Shown here: positions 25,374 through 38,643 of the stretch, in pieces
Layout of the letters: every line of letters begins with the position of its first letter
How positions within the stretch are numbered: the first letter of the stretch is position 1
Assembly: GCA_031835245.2 (NCBI GenBank)
Contig: JAVKOQ020000030.1
Span: 1-64,000 of the forward strand
Direction of reading: 5' to 3'
DNA: 64,000 bases
Source of the DNA: Balamuthia mandrillaris
Lineage: Eukaryota
Translations under genes and position numbers: made by a program
Notes under the pieces: generated by a model
Told to the model about the DNA's origin: nothing
Databases searched by the model: none
Seen by the model: the letters and a program-made list of their open reading frames with translations, nothing else

Positions 25374-25580
25374 TTTCTGCTTCCTCTTCTTCGGCTTTCT
25401 TCTTCCTTTTGTTTTTGTTGCTTTGTTATTCGTCGCCAACCTATGAGCCTAGAACTGACTATTATGTACCCCTAAAATCATTCAAATTCCAGACAAAAAG
25501 AAGAGAAGAGAACTACGAAGAGAAGAAGAGAGAGAAGATTGATAGCTTGCAGATAGTGGGTGAGATAAAAAAGACTTTGT

Positions 25581-27488
25581 TTATTGCTGTTCTTCGTCGC
25601 TGCTTCTTTCTGCTAAAAGTCGTTCTTGCTCTTCGACTGCCTCATTGACGACAAGCAAGTCGTTCGATGGTTTAGCAGGCTTATGCGACTTCTTCCCAGC
25701 AGGCAATACCAATCGCTCGAGGTTCATCAGGGGGCGTTCCAACAGGAGGAAGAAGAAATAAGCGAGTAGGTATGACAACAACATGTTGGCCACGTACACG
25801 TAAGCCAAGTTGAGAAGGCTATAATGGAACGGTCTTGTTAAGCTGTTTTGGCGAAACAGTCGTTGTGCAAGTCAGTGACAATTGGTTGTTTTTGGCAGAG
25901 AAAACAGGATAGTAGGGCGGAAGAAGGAGAAGACGAGAATACAAACTTTCCAGCATAAACCACAATGATGATGGGATGAATGAGATAAGCACAATAGGTC
26001 AATCGGGCCATCGGCGTCCAGATATAATGCCCCAAAGCCCAATTGAGTGCTCCTCCTCGTCCCACCGCACAAACATAAGTCAAGATACAGAGAGCCACCG
26101 TCCATGCCACCCGTGAGAAGGTGGCATAGAACACGTTCTGCGCCAAGTTCCAGCTGCCGCGCTGACCCACCACCGAGTGATGCCAGAGATCGTAGCTGGG
26201 AAACACGCACAGTGAAATCAGCAACACAGCCAAGCTTATTAGCCCTGCCGCCACCACGGGATGTGGCTTGGATGAAGCTACAGTCTCATATGACATGACA
26301 AATGCTGTTCACCCAAAGAAAAGCCCAATGTAAGTGTTTAAAAGAGAGGAAGAGAGATAGAAGCAGAACGCAATAAATTGAGAAAAGAAAGAAGCATACC
26401 GAAGATAAGGCCTAACAAATAAGAAATAGCTCTAATATAAGGCTTAGTGTAAAGAACGCCGGAGAGCATGGTCTCGCTAGACATAGGCCACGCATCACCG
26501 TCGTAATGAACGATCAAACCAAGATTGGCAACAATGCATCCCACAAACAGTGACAAAAGAATAGTCCACGAGATGATTTCTCCAATCCTCGTTTCCTTTG
26601 TTGTTCCATCCTGTTAAGAAAAAAACGAAAGAAAAGTCAGTAGAGGGGCCAAACAAGAGAACAAAAAAAAAAATAAGAATGTCAGTACTTGGAGGTTACG
26701 CTTGATGACCCATCGATGGAAAGGAAACAAGATCAAGGGCGTCAAGATGTAGAATTGCATGTCGTTAGCAAGATACCATGTCCAGTTCATGCACTCCTTG
26801 TTGAGTTCGGTGGGATAAAAGTTTTGGATGTAGAGAAGGTTGGTCCACCAATATTCATCGCAGTAGGCGTCCATAGCGCTGTGGAACTTGGGGCCGGATC
26901 CAAGGGATGGCGCTAGTTTCCAGTAGACAAAGAGCAGGAAAAAATATAAAGGGCTGAGTCGCCAAACCCTATGGAAGTAGTACAGGAACCAGTTGAACCT
27001 TCCTCTTGTCTTTTTCAGCTCCTTCAAACTGAGAAAGCCCAATAAGAAGCCGGCGATGAAGAAGAAGGTATCTACTGCTAAAGGAGCTGAGAGGAACAAC
27101 TGCCACGTCCATTTGTTTTGCATCTCGTGGAAGAGAAACTCCAAGTTGTCATAACCAACACGCAAGACATAGACCAAACTGTGTCCGAGAACGATCCAAC
27201 CCATCGACAGAGTGCGAATGCCGTTAAGAGAAGCCAAGGAGTCGTCAGGAGAAGGCAGCAGCAGCTTACGTGTGTTGTAGAAAGCGGACCAGCACATAAG
27301 GAAACCTGAAAAGGAACGAGGCAGTGGCGCTAGATCGGGAGAGCTATCCTCCGCTGCAAGCTTTTTGTTTCGTTGCTGCCTTGACACTAATTTGTTGTGA
27401 TGATTTCAGTTTGTTTGTTGGTATTGAAGAGAAAGAAACGTCCGATAAGGGAAAAAATCCCTTGCAACCCATGGGATTGCTTGAGAAG

Positions 27489-27534
<46 letters not shown>

Positions 27535-28505
27535 ATTACCTGTCTCGAAGTCTTCATCTTCAAAACGAGGAGCAACAGCATCGCGACGGAGAGGGATCCA
27601 GTTGAGAGCGCGATCCTGCAGGCTACCGTTCATATAATGCTTCACATAATCTATCACAGAGCCAACCACCAGCAGTAAGCCCAACAGGCAGAGCAAGAAT
27701 ACGACCACCGCAGCACCTGCTGACAGCTCCTTCCGCTCTCCAGGGATGGTGCACACAGTTTCCAATGGTTCTTGCAGAATAACGCCACGAGAGGCGCTGG
27801 CCAATGACTCAAACAGCAAATACACCTCTTCTTGAGTGCAAGCTTGAGGAAGACAAAGGCCCCAGTCTAGAGATAGTGTAGTTACGGCCAGTCCTCCTCC
27901 CTTCTTTGCTTTTGCATTCGCGGAGCAAAGAGAAGTTGTTTCTTCTTGTGGTTGGAGTAGCTGCTGTCGTTGGTGATGGAGTTGTTGAGCTTTGAGGGAG
28001 AGACCAACATCCATGTCTTTCAAGAGGCGGGACAGTAGCCATTGTTCCTCCTCGTCCTTGACGAAAGAAGACAGTTCGGGAGAAGAGAAATGGGAGTGGA
28101 AGAGGGACGACGCAGAAGACGAGGAGGAAGAAGAAGAGGAGGGAGATGGAATGAGGGACATGAGAGCGGTCACGTTAAGGGTGAACGTGTTCATGCAATA
28201 ATGGGCATTTTTTGCCAACCTACAGGAGTCCCAGTAGCCCCAGTCTCCTGGATACTTGCCACTCCCTTGCAATACTTTTGTAACGTAATGGTGGTAGAGG
28301 TAACGAAGGAACAAACAAATGGGTAAGAGGGTTTGCTTCGACCAAGACAGACACATAACGGGGAGTAAGACTCACTTTGAAGAGCGTTTGCGGGGTCATT
28401 GGCGAGAGAAGCCAACGCCTCCAGGCACTCGCTTTGTGCTTGGCTGCTGCCCACCAAAAGGCAGCAAAACAGGGCTAGGCACAAGCTTGTCTTCCACCAA
28501 GTCAT
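25581..28505 (-). CDS. Acyltransferase-3 / NRF-6-like membrane O-acyltransferase
   Basis: Signal peptide, Cys-rich NRF-type N-terminus (WGLCLPQAC), LNGIRTLSMGWIVLGH, AVDTFFFIAG, HRVWRLSP, WYLANDMQFY, LLERP. Confidence 0.9.
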
Positions 28506-28763
28506 CCTCTTGCGTTAACCAAGCACCCTCTCGTTTTCGGTCCTCCTGGTGGCCTTGGCGGCAAACCTGTATTATGATTCTTCTTTCTTTCCTCCTCGCT
28601 GTTTTTGGCGTATTCCGTTGGCGCGTTACATAATTGAACTAATAATGAATTAAACTACTTTTCGTTCCTCTTTTCTTAAGTTACTGTAGCTCTGCTTTCA
28701 GTTGGGCTACCAACACAGGAAAAGTAGAAGCCAGCCAGGCTGGCCCTTGTCATAAAGGTCAGC

Positions 28764-28800
<37 letters not shown>

Positions 28801-29061
28801 GGAAGGAAGAAGAAAGGAAGGACAAAAGAAAGACCTTTCTGTCTTTGTTTCTTTTCTTTGTTCCTCCTTCTTGTTGACGTCATGATGTTCAGAATTCCTC
28901 CGATCAGCCAATAGGACATTTAGAAACCCTCCTGCCCATATTTTCCCTAAGTTTTCTCCTTGTTTTCATAAACCCCCGTGCCACCGCTACAAATGCCGGC
29001 AAACAAAAACCAAAACCAAACCAAACCATCGAAACAAGCAAAACAAACACTCAGCAACAAC

Positions 29062-29933
29062 ATGGAACCATCCGCGGCGGCGCCTAAGGGAGACAAGCCC
29101 ATCCAACTCTATTCACTCGCTACACCCAACGGCCAAAAGATCGGTATCGCTCTGGAGGAAATGGGCCTGGAGTACGACGCTCACACATGTAACATCATGG
29201 AAGGCGTTCAGTTCAAGGACTGGTATTGATCGAGCTTCCCTTTCTCCTCGTGTTCGCTCTTTCGTTGTTGTTGTTGTTGTTGTGTGTGTGTGTGTGTGTG
29301 TTTTTGTTTTTTTTGTTAAAGATTACTCACTTTGGTTGCACTAAGGTTCAAAGAGTTGAACCCTAACAGCAAGATCCCCGTCATATTGGATACAAGCGGC
29401 CCCTCTGCTACTGACACGGAGCCTATCGCTGTCTTTGAGTCGGGAGCCATTCTGCTGTACTTAGCGGAGAAGACCGGCAAGTTCCTTCCCACCGACGCCA
29501 GGAAGAAGTATCAGACAATCGAATGGCTGATGTGGCAGATGGCTGGCTTTGGCCCTATGTTAGGTACCTCCTTTTTTTTCTCTCAAACACCAAAGGATGA
29601 GAACGCTCACACTTATACCGAATAGGCCAAATGGGACACTTCCACAAGTACGCCAAGGAGGACGTGCCGTATGGCAAGGAGAGGTACCTCAACGAGGGCA
29701 AACGCCTATTTGGAGTGTTGGACAAACAGCTTAAGGGCAAAGAGTACGTGATCGGAGACGAGTACACTATCGCAGATATGGCCATCTACCCGTGGGTCAT
29801 CTGTGTGGACCGTTACTATGGTTTGAAGGAGGCTGTTGGCAGCTTCCCCGATGTGGAACGATGGTGCGAAACCATGGCCCAGAGACCTGCAGTACAGAGA
29901 GGCATGCAGGTCTGCCCCTTCAAGAAACAATGA
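29062..29933 (+). CDS. Glutathione S-transferase, YghU/YfcG/Ure2-like class
   Basis: LYSLATPNGQK, NPNSKIP, FESGAILLYLAEK, WLMWQMAGFGPMLG, YTIADMAIYPW; two introns. Confidence 0.95.
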
Positions 29934-30099
29934 ACCGTTGATAAAAGGTCATTCAGTAATTTCAAACAAGTCTTAACTTCTCTTAGTAGTTCTCTTCTCT
30001 CCTCATTAGAAGAGTTAAGTCTGCCTGACTGCTTTCTTCTTCTTCTTGTTCTTCTTGTTCTTCTTCTCTTCTGTTGTCGCCATGGTAAGGAATGGTTGA

Positions 30100-31203
30100 C
30101 ATGCTGGAAGGAAATCCGGAGGCCATAGAATAGGAACCATACAAATCCACATCCCTGAGGCTATCGCCTGATCACAGCTTCATACAAGCAGGACGACCTA
30201 CATCGTAATTACCACGTTCAAAACACGTACGCACTCAAGCACACTTTCAATGCCGTGGTCTCTCTCTATTCAGCCATGCCTTCAGTTGGTCGATTTTTAG
30301 TAAAATTCGTTTTCTTGGCCCTATCGCCAGGCCAATAGATTTTAAGGCCTCATGAGTGAGTGCCATAAATTGAATTGGAAGTGGTACGCTGCTTTGGTTG
30401 GAGTTTTTGTTGGACATAGATGCTGCTGCTGCTTCATGCTGCTTTGGGAGAGAGCGTCAATGTGAACGTGCGTAACAAATTCTTCGAGAAGACGATGGTC
30501 GTCCTTCGTGAAGTGGGAGCAGAGGAGGTCCAGCTTCTTGTTTGGCGGGAAGAAGTTGCTCCGGGGTTACTGAGTCGTACGATGCGGTGGACACCGTACC
30601 CGATCGCACCGCACAACACGTATTCCAGTTGCTCATTGCATTGCAGTGTTCGGTCGACATGCTCGAGCATGGTGGAAAAGGCTGCAAAAAACTGTTCATG
30701 ACACTGCAGGGCGTCCATCTCCTCGACCAGGAGAATGATTCCTTTCGTGCCTTCCGCCTTCCTGGCGAACAGCCCGTTAAACTTGGGGGCGAATAAACTT
30801 TGAAGGCCTGCCACAGTTGTTGGGAGAGAGCGAAGTAGCGCAGCCATTTCCTCTGCATCGATTCGGTGGTTCTCGGGGAAGCCCAAGGCCATTGCTCCAG
30901 CCAGCGTAGCGTAAAACTCGGTGGGCTCGGTTAAAACTTGTCGCATATCCAAGTAGACCACCGTAAAACCTTGGCCTTCCAGAGTTTCGTTGAGGCTCCG
31001 CAAGCGAGTGCTTTTGCCTGCTTGTCGATGACCAAACAGCGTGCAGAACGACGCTCTCCGAGGAGAAGAGGAGTATTGTTTGAGGATCTTCGCCACCGAA
31101 ACATCGTTGTCCACAGTTCTGCGTTGGAATAGGGGTGCCGATGGTCGCAAAGGTATTTTTCTTGGCCTTCATCTTCTTCTCTCAAGGGCCGTTGGCACTT
31201 CAT
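30100..31203 (-). pseudogene. Degenerate AAA-type ATPase gene
   Basis: Walker A FGHRQAGKST and Walker B ILLVEEMD in ORF 30434-31150; reading frame broken on both sides. Ends approximate. Confidence 0.55.
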
Positions 31204-31291
31204 AAGCTTTGCAACCCTACCCTAACCTTTGCCTTATTTTTTCAAATAAAAAAAAAGCTCCAAAAAAAAAAGGAACGTTGGACACGACGTT

Positions 31292-32657
31292 ATGGACTCG
31301 AAGGTAGTCGTCAAAGTGGTTCTTCTGGGGGACAGTGGGTAAGACCATCCTCCTCCGCTCGGACTTCTTCTGCTGTCATTAGAATAGACTACCCACACCG
31401 ACGAAGAATCTTTTCGCTCTTCCTCTTGTTCTTTTTTTTTTTTTGATCTCTTTTTTCTTCTGCTTTTGCTGCTTTTCAGGGTTGGCAAGTCCAGCTTGCT
31501 TACACGGTACGTGGACAGGCGCTTCTCCAACATGTACAAAGCCACCATTGGCGCTGACTTTGTGACCAAGGACCTCGTTAGCGATGACACACACGTTTGC
31601 CTCCAGGTTCAGCTGAACTTCTTCTTCTGCATGCTTTCTTATTACTTCTTTCCTCCCTCTTCTTCCTGCTTCTTTCTTCCTTCCTCCTTCTACTACTGCG
31701 GTTTTTTAACTTCATTCATGACCAACAACAACAAGGTATGGGACACGGCAGGACAAGAACGTTTTCAGAGCCTTGGCAACGCTTATTACAGAGGGGCGGA
31801 CTGCTGTGTGTTGGTGTTTGACGTGAGCGTGGCGTTGAGCTTCAACAACTTGGAACGTTGGCACCGCGAGTTTCTGATGCAGAGTGGTCCTGCTGATCAT
31901 GACTCCCTCTTCCCTTTCATAGTGTTTGGTAACAAAGTGGACATTCCTTCTTCAGAGCAAGCTGTATGTTTGTTCCGTCACTCTCTGCTCTCTGCTCTCT
32001 GCTCTCTGCTCTCCTCTGCTCTCGCTCTCTGCTCTCTGCTCTCTGCTCTGCCTCTCTGCTCTCTGCTCTCTGCTCTCTGCTCCTCTGCCTCTCTGCTCTC
32101 TGCTCTCTGCTCTGCTCTCTGCCTCTGCTCTCTGCTCTCTGCTCTCTGCTCTCTGCTCTCTGCTCTCTGCTCTCTCTTCTCTCTCTTCTCTCTTCTCCTT
32201 TGGTCTCTTTGCTCAGATTCCGACTTCATGCTATCATCCTTTGTAGATATCAGTTAGGGAGGCTAAAGCCTGGTGTGAAGGCAAAAATATGTTGTTCTTT
32301 GAAACCAGGTACAGTCTCTTTCGTGTTGATTTGTCTCTTTCATTACCCTTGTAGCTCACATGATCATTAAACAGCGCATTGGACGGTTCAGGAGTGGATG
32401 AGGCGTTTGAGGAGGTAGCGAGAAGAGCGGTCAGACATCATGAAATGGACACGCGACTGTCAGAGTGAGCAACCCTTCTCTTTGACCTTTTCTCTTTTCA
32501 CTTCTCATCTTTTCTCTTTTTTGTCTTTACATTCTCGTTGCCACACACGCTCAACTCCAAAAGGAACGCTTTGAACGATCGGACACGGATTAACCTAAGT
32601 GAGAACAAACGAGGAAACAGTAGTGGTGGTCAAGCTGGCTGTACTTTTTGTGGTTAG
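31292..32657 (+). CDS. Rab7-like small GTPase
   Basis: KVVLLGDSG/VGKS, YKATIGADF, WDTAGQERFQSLG, GNKVD, FETSA; C-terminal cysteines (GCTFCG). Confidence 0.92.
31981..32195 (+). repeat. Intronic (CTCTGCT)n minisatellite; same family at ~34435-34540, ~36209-36350 and ~45685-45850
   Basis: Heptamer repeat read directly; it generates the spurious ALCSLLS and REQRAES ORFs. Confidence 0.95.
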
Positions 32658-32841
32658 AGAGGCTTCTCGCCGCACACCCTGCAACTACTGCCTGCTTAGG
32701 TCCACATCGGGACAAGAAAGGCAGTGGTTGGTTTATTTTTGTAATCATTGCGTTTTGTGGATAGCGCCTGAAACAAAAGGTTTTTGGTTTGGTATTCTCC
32801 AGGCGTCTTTTGTTTGCCTTGACTTGGTGAAGAGCATAGTG

Positions 32842-33766
32842 CTAAAACCGTTTCGTCAACTCGCTTTTCCAGTCAACATTGCTGGTCAGCTGCCATTACC
32901 GTTGCAGAGGTTAGAAATTGAGAGAGCAAAGATGCAAAGAAGAAGGCAACAAACTTGGCAAAATGCTTTAAAGCTTAACCGGTCATCCTCGAGCGCGCCC
33001 GCCTCTTCGAATGTCTTGATGACGATCTGCTCCAAGCCGGCATCATCCAGGTTGTTGCCCACCACTTGTTTCAGCACTTGAAACATTTCGGTTTGGGAGA
33101 TGTGCCCGCTGTCGTCTATGTCGTATATCCGAAAACAAACTTTTGTTGTTGTTGTTGTTGTTATTGTTGTTATTGTTAGCTGGGAGACTACCCAGGGAAC
33201 AACGGGCTAGAACAGAACTACAGGAAGGAGAAGAAGAAGAAGAAGAAGAAGAAGAAGAAGAAGAAGAAGAAACAAGAACAAAAACAAGAAGAAGAACAAG
33301 AACAAGAACAAGAACAAGAAGAGGAAGAAGAAGAAGAAACAAGAACAAGGGATAAGACAACGTACAACGCATTTTCTCTTCGATGGGAGCTTTAGGGTGA
33401 AAAACGCTGAGGGTAGAGACAAACTCCACGAAAGTGATGTTGTCGTCTCCTCGTTGGTCGAACAGCGAGATTAAGCGCATGATCAAAGGGTTGAGGCTCA
33501 ACTCCGCAATGGACAAGAAGTTGTCCGTGGAGATGGAGTCAGTGTCCTCTCTGTCAATCTTCTTGAAACGACGATAGAGCCTCCTGATCTCTTGTTGAGT
33601 AACTACAGACAAATTTTGTTTGCGTCATTGTCAGAGTGGACAACATATATAGACAGGGAGCATGTTACGCACAAACATTGCCCATGGGCTTCTGTTTTAA
33701 CTCCTGCGTGACCTGCTCCAGCAACTCAGGGCTGATTTCCGTGCGATGACAACAACCATTCCCCAT
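32842..33766 (-). CDS. Calcineurin B / CHP-like EF-hand protein
   Basis: MGNGCC N-terminus, EIRRLYRRFKKID, ELSLNPL, FDQRGDDNITFVEF, YDIDDSGHIS EF-hands. Confidence 0.9.
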
Positions 33767-33940
33767 CTTTCTTTCTTTCTTTCTTTCTTCTCTTGTTTCC
33801 CGGTTTTTTTGATTTTTAATTTGAAAGAATTGTTGTCGACGCAATGGTTTGATTTTCTATTGGCTCTCGTTGGCCTCGGCTGGTCAAAGGGTGGACATCT
33901 CCTGCACAAAAGGAGGTCTCCAAAGCAAGAAGAGGAAAGG

Positions 33941-35297
33941 ATGAAGAAAAGTAGATGGGAGGAGGACGAGGCTGAAGACCACAGGCGCCCCTCTCCTTCG
34001 AAGGACAGGAGCCACTCCACCACAACAAGGATAAAGCAAGAGCGCCATTCTTCGGACGACGAAAGAGAGTCTGACAGACGTGCGCGACGGAACCACGAAG
34101 TAGAAGCAGAACGAGCAAGACCCTCTGCCCGCCCACCTCGCGCGGATCGCCAACGCAAACGAAAAGCGTACGATGAGCCGTCCGAAGAAGAACAGAACAA
34201 CTACGAATGGGGAAAGAAGGAGGACGAAGGGGATGGTGAGGACAAAGCGGACAAGGACGAGCCAGCCAAGAAAGTGAAACTCAACTTCAAGAAGAGTGGT
34301 AAACTGGCAGAGGAGGCCAACCGCACCGAGAAAGGCTTTACCCTCAAGTGGGCCGAACCGGCTGATGCCAAACGACCTCACGACAAAAAGTGGCGGTTGT
34401 ACCCTTTCAAGGGAGACCAAGCTCTTGGTACAAACTCTCTGCTCTCTGCTCTCTGCTCTCTGCTCTCTGCTCTCTGCTCTCTGCTCTCTGCTCTCTGCTC
34501 TCTGCTCTCTGCTCTCTGCTCTCTGCTCTCTGCTCTCTGCTCTTCGCAGCCACGTTTCTGTCTATCACGTGCTCTCCTCACTTTTCTCCCTCTCTCCCTC
34601 TCTCCTTTTGTTTTTGCCTCCATTGCTCACCACCTGCATTTGAACACTACAAAAACACGAACAGACCCGATACCTGTCTACAGAAAAAGTTCTTACCTCT
34701 TTGGTCGTGACAGAAACGTAAATATGTGTTCCGTCTCTTATGCTTCTTAGCTTCCCTCATTCTCTGCTCGCTGCTTCTTTTCCGGCTCTGTTTCTTTAGT
34801 TCTCTTGTTCTCGCTTTTGTCTCTGTTTCTCTTCTATCGTATTCGCTCATCTCCTCTTCACTTCTACCACCCCCTTTTCCCTTGCTGTGACATATGGTAA
34901 CAACGACAACAATCAGGTGGCCGACATCCCAACGGACCACCCATCATGCTCGGGCCAACATGCTGTCCTACAATTTCGTCAAGTAAGCGTTCAAGACGAG
35001 GACGACATTGGCCCACCCCAAACTGTAGTAAAGTAAGTATTCCGTCTTCCTTGTGCTCCTTGTTGTTGTTACTTTATCAGTGGTGTTTCTCTCTATTTCT
35101 AACCCTTTTTATTATTGTTTCTTTTTTCTGCTTTTCACGAAAGACCATACATAATAGACCTGAACAGCAGCAACGGCACATTCCTCAACTCCAAGCTGAT
35201 AGACAGGCGGCGGTTTTACGAGCTATTGCCAAAGGATGTCCTCAAGTTTGCCCACAGCTCACGCGAGTATGTCCTTTTGCATGACGAATTGGCTTGA
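33941..35297 (+). CDS. SNIP1: SNIP1/Pml1/DAWDLE-like FHA-domain splicing factor
   Basis: NFKKSGKLAEE, WRLYPFKG, SYLFGRDR, HPSCSGQHAVLQFR, PYIIDLNSSNGTFLN, SSREYVLL. Confidence 0.92.
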
Positions 35298-35420
35298 GTT
35301 GCCTTTGCTCCCACAAACAAGCCATTTTTAAAATAAAATCGAAGAATAAACCACAAAAGAGAAGCAAAAAGTGCCGCGAAAACTTCCGGTTTACAAAAGA
35401 GAGAACGAACACCAAAAAAT

Positions 35421-35493
35421 TGGAGGAGGCCGGCATCGATCCGGCTACCTCTCGCATGCTAAGCGAGCGCTCTACCATCTGAGCTACACCCCC
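35421..35493 (-). tRNA. tRNA-Ala (AGC)
   Basis: GGGGGTGTAGCTCAGATGGTAGAGCGCTCGCTTAGCATGCGAGAGGTAGCCGGATCGATGCCGGCCTCCTCCA; cloverleaf, G3:U70 pair, T-run terminator. Confidence 0.97.
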
Positions 35494-35676
35494 TAAGTTG
35501 CCTTTTTCTGTGATTTTTCGAGCTTTTGGCGATAGATGTAATGTCTCTGGGTAGGTTTTTTGCGTGGTTTGTTTTCTTGCAGTAGTTTATTTTGCACAAA
35601 CCCGCGTGTGCCTGTTTCATAATAGAAATGATCCCTGCTTTTCTCAATCACAAACAAAAAAATCAAGACCAAAAGT

Positions 35677-35749
35677 TGGAGGAGGCCGGCATCGATCCGG
35701 CTACCTCTCGCATGCTAAGCGAGCGCTCTACCATCTGAGCTACACCCCC
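35677..35749 (-). tRNA. tRNA-Ala (AGC), identical second copy
   Basis: Same 73-nt sequence as 35421-35493. Confidence 0.97.
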
Positions 35750-35861
35750 TTTCAGTCTTCTTTTCATCCAAAATTAATATCTCCTAAGCTAATTCTCAGA
35801 AATTTCGGTTTTCGTTTTATCAGTTTTCTTTTGGGATTCTTCACGAACGCAGCAAAAAAAG

Positions 35862-36966
35862 ATGAAGAAAGTGGGCCTGCCCTTGGCCACTGATGGCGGT
35901 GTGCGGTGGAATGATGCAGCAGCGGTGCTCAGGGGAGCTTCTAAGGTTTTTGACGCTGCGGGGCTGAAGCGAGGTGACCGCAACAACCCCTTTTGGGGAA
36001 GGCTTGCCATCACTATGTTGGATCAGCTTCGGTCGATGCCTCCTACCCCTCCCTTTACTTCTCAGCACGTTGTTGAGGAGGAGGAGGAGGAGGAAGTGGC
36101 CGAGCAAGGAATAGACGCACTGACTGGGCAACGTAAACGGTTTCTTTCCCCTGATGAACTTCACCGACACCAGCAAGACTACCAGCACAGACAAGTCTCT
36201 TCACTATCACTGCTCTCTGCTCTCTGCTCTCTGCTCTCTGCTCTCTGCTCTCTGCTCTCTGCTCTCTGCTCTCTGCTCTCTGCTCTCTGCTCTCTGTTCT
36301 CTGCTCTCTGCTCTCTGCTCTCTCCTTCCTCCTCTCTGCTCTCCTCTCCTCTCTCCTCATTTCATTTTTTTCACTTCTCATAATGAAAGTATATCTTGTT
36401 TGGCAAAGATGGTAAGACAGCAAAGAAGCAAAGAGCAGCGAGTGCCCAGCTCACGGTGGAGCCGCCTCTGGCATTTTGGAGGTTAGAGCTCCATCACAAC
36501 CTCTTTTTCTTGCACACGCCATGACTGACACAGTTGCCAAATAACAGAGTTAGCAGCTGGTGTTGGCATTGGGGCGCTTGGAGAGATTGCTCGTAGGAGC
36601 ATTGGCATTAACACGGTCAATGGTGCCTCTGCTACAACTGCATTTCTAACGGAGGCCAATGCCCAGCGACTTACCACCACCTTATGTAGAATGCGTGGGG
36701 CTGCTCTCAAGATTGGACAACTGCTATCTATCCAAGGTCTTTACAATTTCTTCTTTTGCTGCTTCACTCCTCTTTCTGCTTCGGTCTTTCTTGGCGTTTC
36801 TTGGTTGTGGTTGTCGGTTCCTCTTCCGCTTCCTCCTCCCCTTTTTTTGTTCTCCTTCTTACTCGCTTTTAAGATAACACATTGGTACCAACGGAACTTG
36901 CGCAGATTTTGGAGCGAGTGCGGGATAATGCCGACCGCATGACTCAAACCCAGCTGGAGGTCGTAT

Positions 36967-37011
<45 letters not shown>

Positions 37012-38054
37012 CCCCTCTGCCTGTTATTGTGCCAACGTCGATATTGTGCAGTCAATGTTGAAGCAAGAATTAGGGGAGGATTGGCGCAACAAACTACGTT
37101 ACTTTGAGGACATGCCGATTGCAGCAGCATCCATCGGCCAGGTACACAGAGGTTTGCTCTTTTCAATTCTTTCTCCAATCCGTCATATTCTTAGCGTAAC
37201 AATAAAACAGCTATAACACATGATGGAAAGGAAGTAGCGATGAAGATCCAGTATCCAGGCATAGCAGAGAGCATTCCTGATGATCTGGCCAACTTTGCAC
37301 GATTGCTGAAGGTTTTGGGTTTGCTGCCTTCAACTCTTTCAAAAGATTTTGACAGTGCTATTCAAGTTGCACAAGAGGAAATTATCGCAGAGACAGACTA
37401 CCGAAAAGAAGCCCACAATCAGATGGTCTCTTTTCCCTTCTCCTCTGTTGTCTTCCAACACTTACGTTGGTTCTTTTTTCTGTGTTGTAGAAATATTATG
37501 AGTTGCTGCACAACGACCCAGACTTTGTAGTTCCAAGTGTTATCCCTGAACTTAGCACAACAAAAGTTCTTACAAGCGAGTTCAAGAGGGGCATTCCACT
37601 GGATGGACTCGTGTCTTATTCACAACAACTCAGAAATAGGGTAATTTCTTCTCCTCTCTCTCTCTCTCTCTCTCTCTCTGCTCCTTTTTTCAAATCTATA
37701 TTGGTTATCAAGGTGGGGCAAAGCATGTTGCGGTTGTGCTTGATGGAACTGTTCGACTGGCGGTTCATGCAAACGGACTCCAACTGGTCCAACTTCCTCT
37801 ACGACGGAGCTGACGACAAAGTACTACATCTCCCTCTTCCACTTTGGTTGTTGCTCATTGCGTGTCTGCAATTGCGCAGATAGTGGTGTTAGATTTTGGA
37901 GCCTGTCGATCATTTGAGGAATCCTTTACATCAGCTTATTTGGACGTTATCAATGCTGCAGCAAACGCTGATGAAAAAGGCATCATAAAAGCCTCAACAA
38001 CGATGGGTTTTCTCACTGGCCAAGAAAGTCCACAAGTTTTGCAAGAGCATTTGT

Positions 38055-38096
<42 letters not shown>

Positions 38097-38458
38097 CCTA
38101 CGCTCGCCATTTTCTCTAATCGTTTTTGTTTTCTCCAAATGGCAGAGAAGTGGCAGGGATATTGGGAGAGCCATTTGCGAGAGGGCAGCAGCCATTTGAC
38201 TTTGGCAAACAAAATGTGACGCACCGACTGCAACAACGAATGCCGCAGCTGTTCACCCATCGCACCAGCGCGGCGCCATCCGCCTCCTACTCTCTCCATC
38301 GCAAATTGACTGGAAGCTTCCTTCTTTGCAGCAAGCTTCGCGCTGTGGTTGATTGTCGTGAAGTCTACATGCATTTCTACAACCGACATCACCACCAACA
38401 GCATCATCACGATCACCTTCTTCATCATCATAAGAGCGATAACCTCCGCCCACATTGA
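35862..38458 (+). CDS. COQ8: COQ8/ADCK3 (ABC1/UbiB) atypical kinase
   Basis: [53 protein letters not shown]. Confidence 0.93.
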
Positions 38459-38643
38459 ACTTGCACAAGCAAGCAAATTGCCGAACTTTCTTCCATTTTA
38501 TTTTGTCGACACAAGACGTGGACCAATGGGCCTCCATCCTTGATAAAACTTGGTGCCACGCCGCCAAAAGGATAAATAAAAACCTTTTTCTTTTCTTCTT
38601 CACAAACAACACTGTTCGCTTCCAAATCACACCTACCTTTACC

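Noticed and set aside
31215..31228. Fourth telomere-like motif CCCTACCCTAACCT beside the decayed ATPase
   Set aside because: Imperfect, no partner motif and no recombinase nearby; may be chance.
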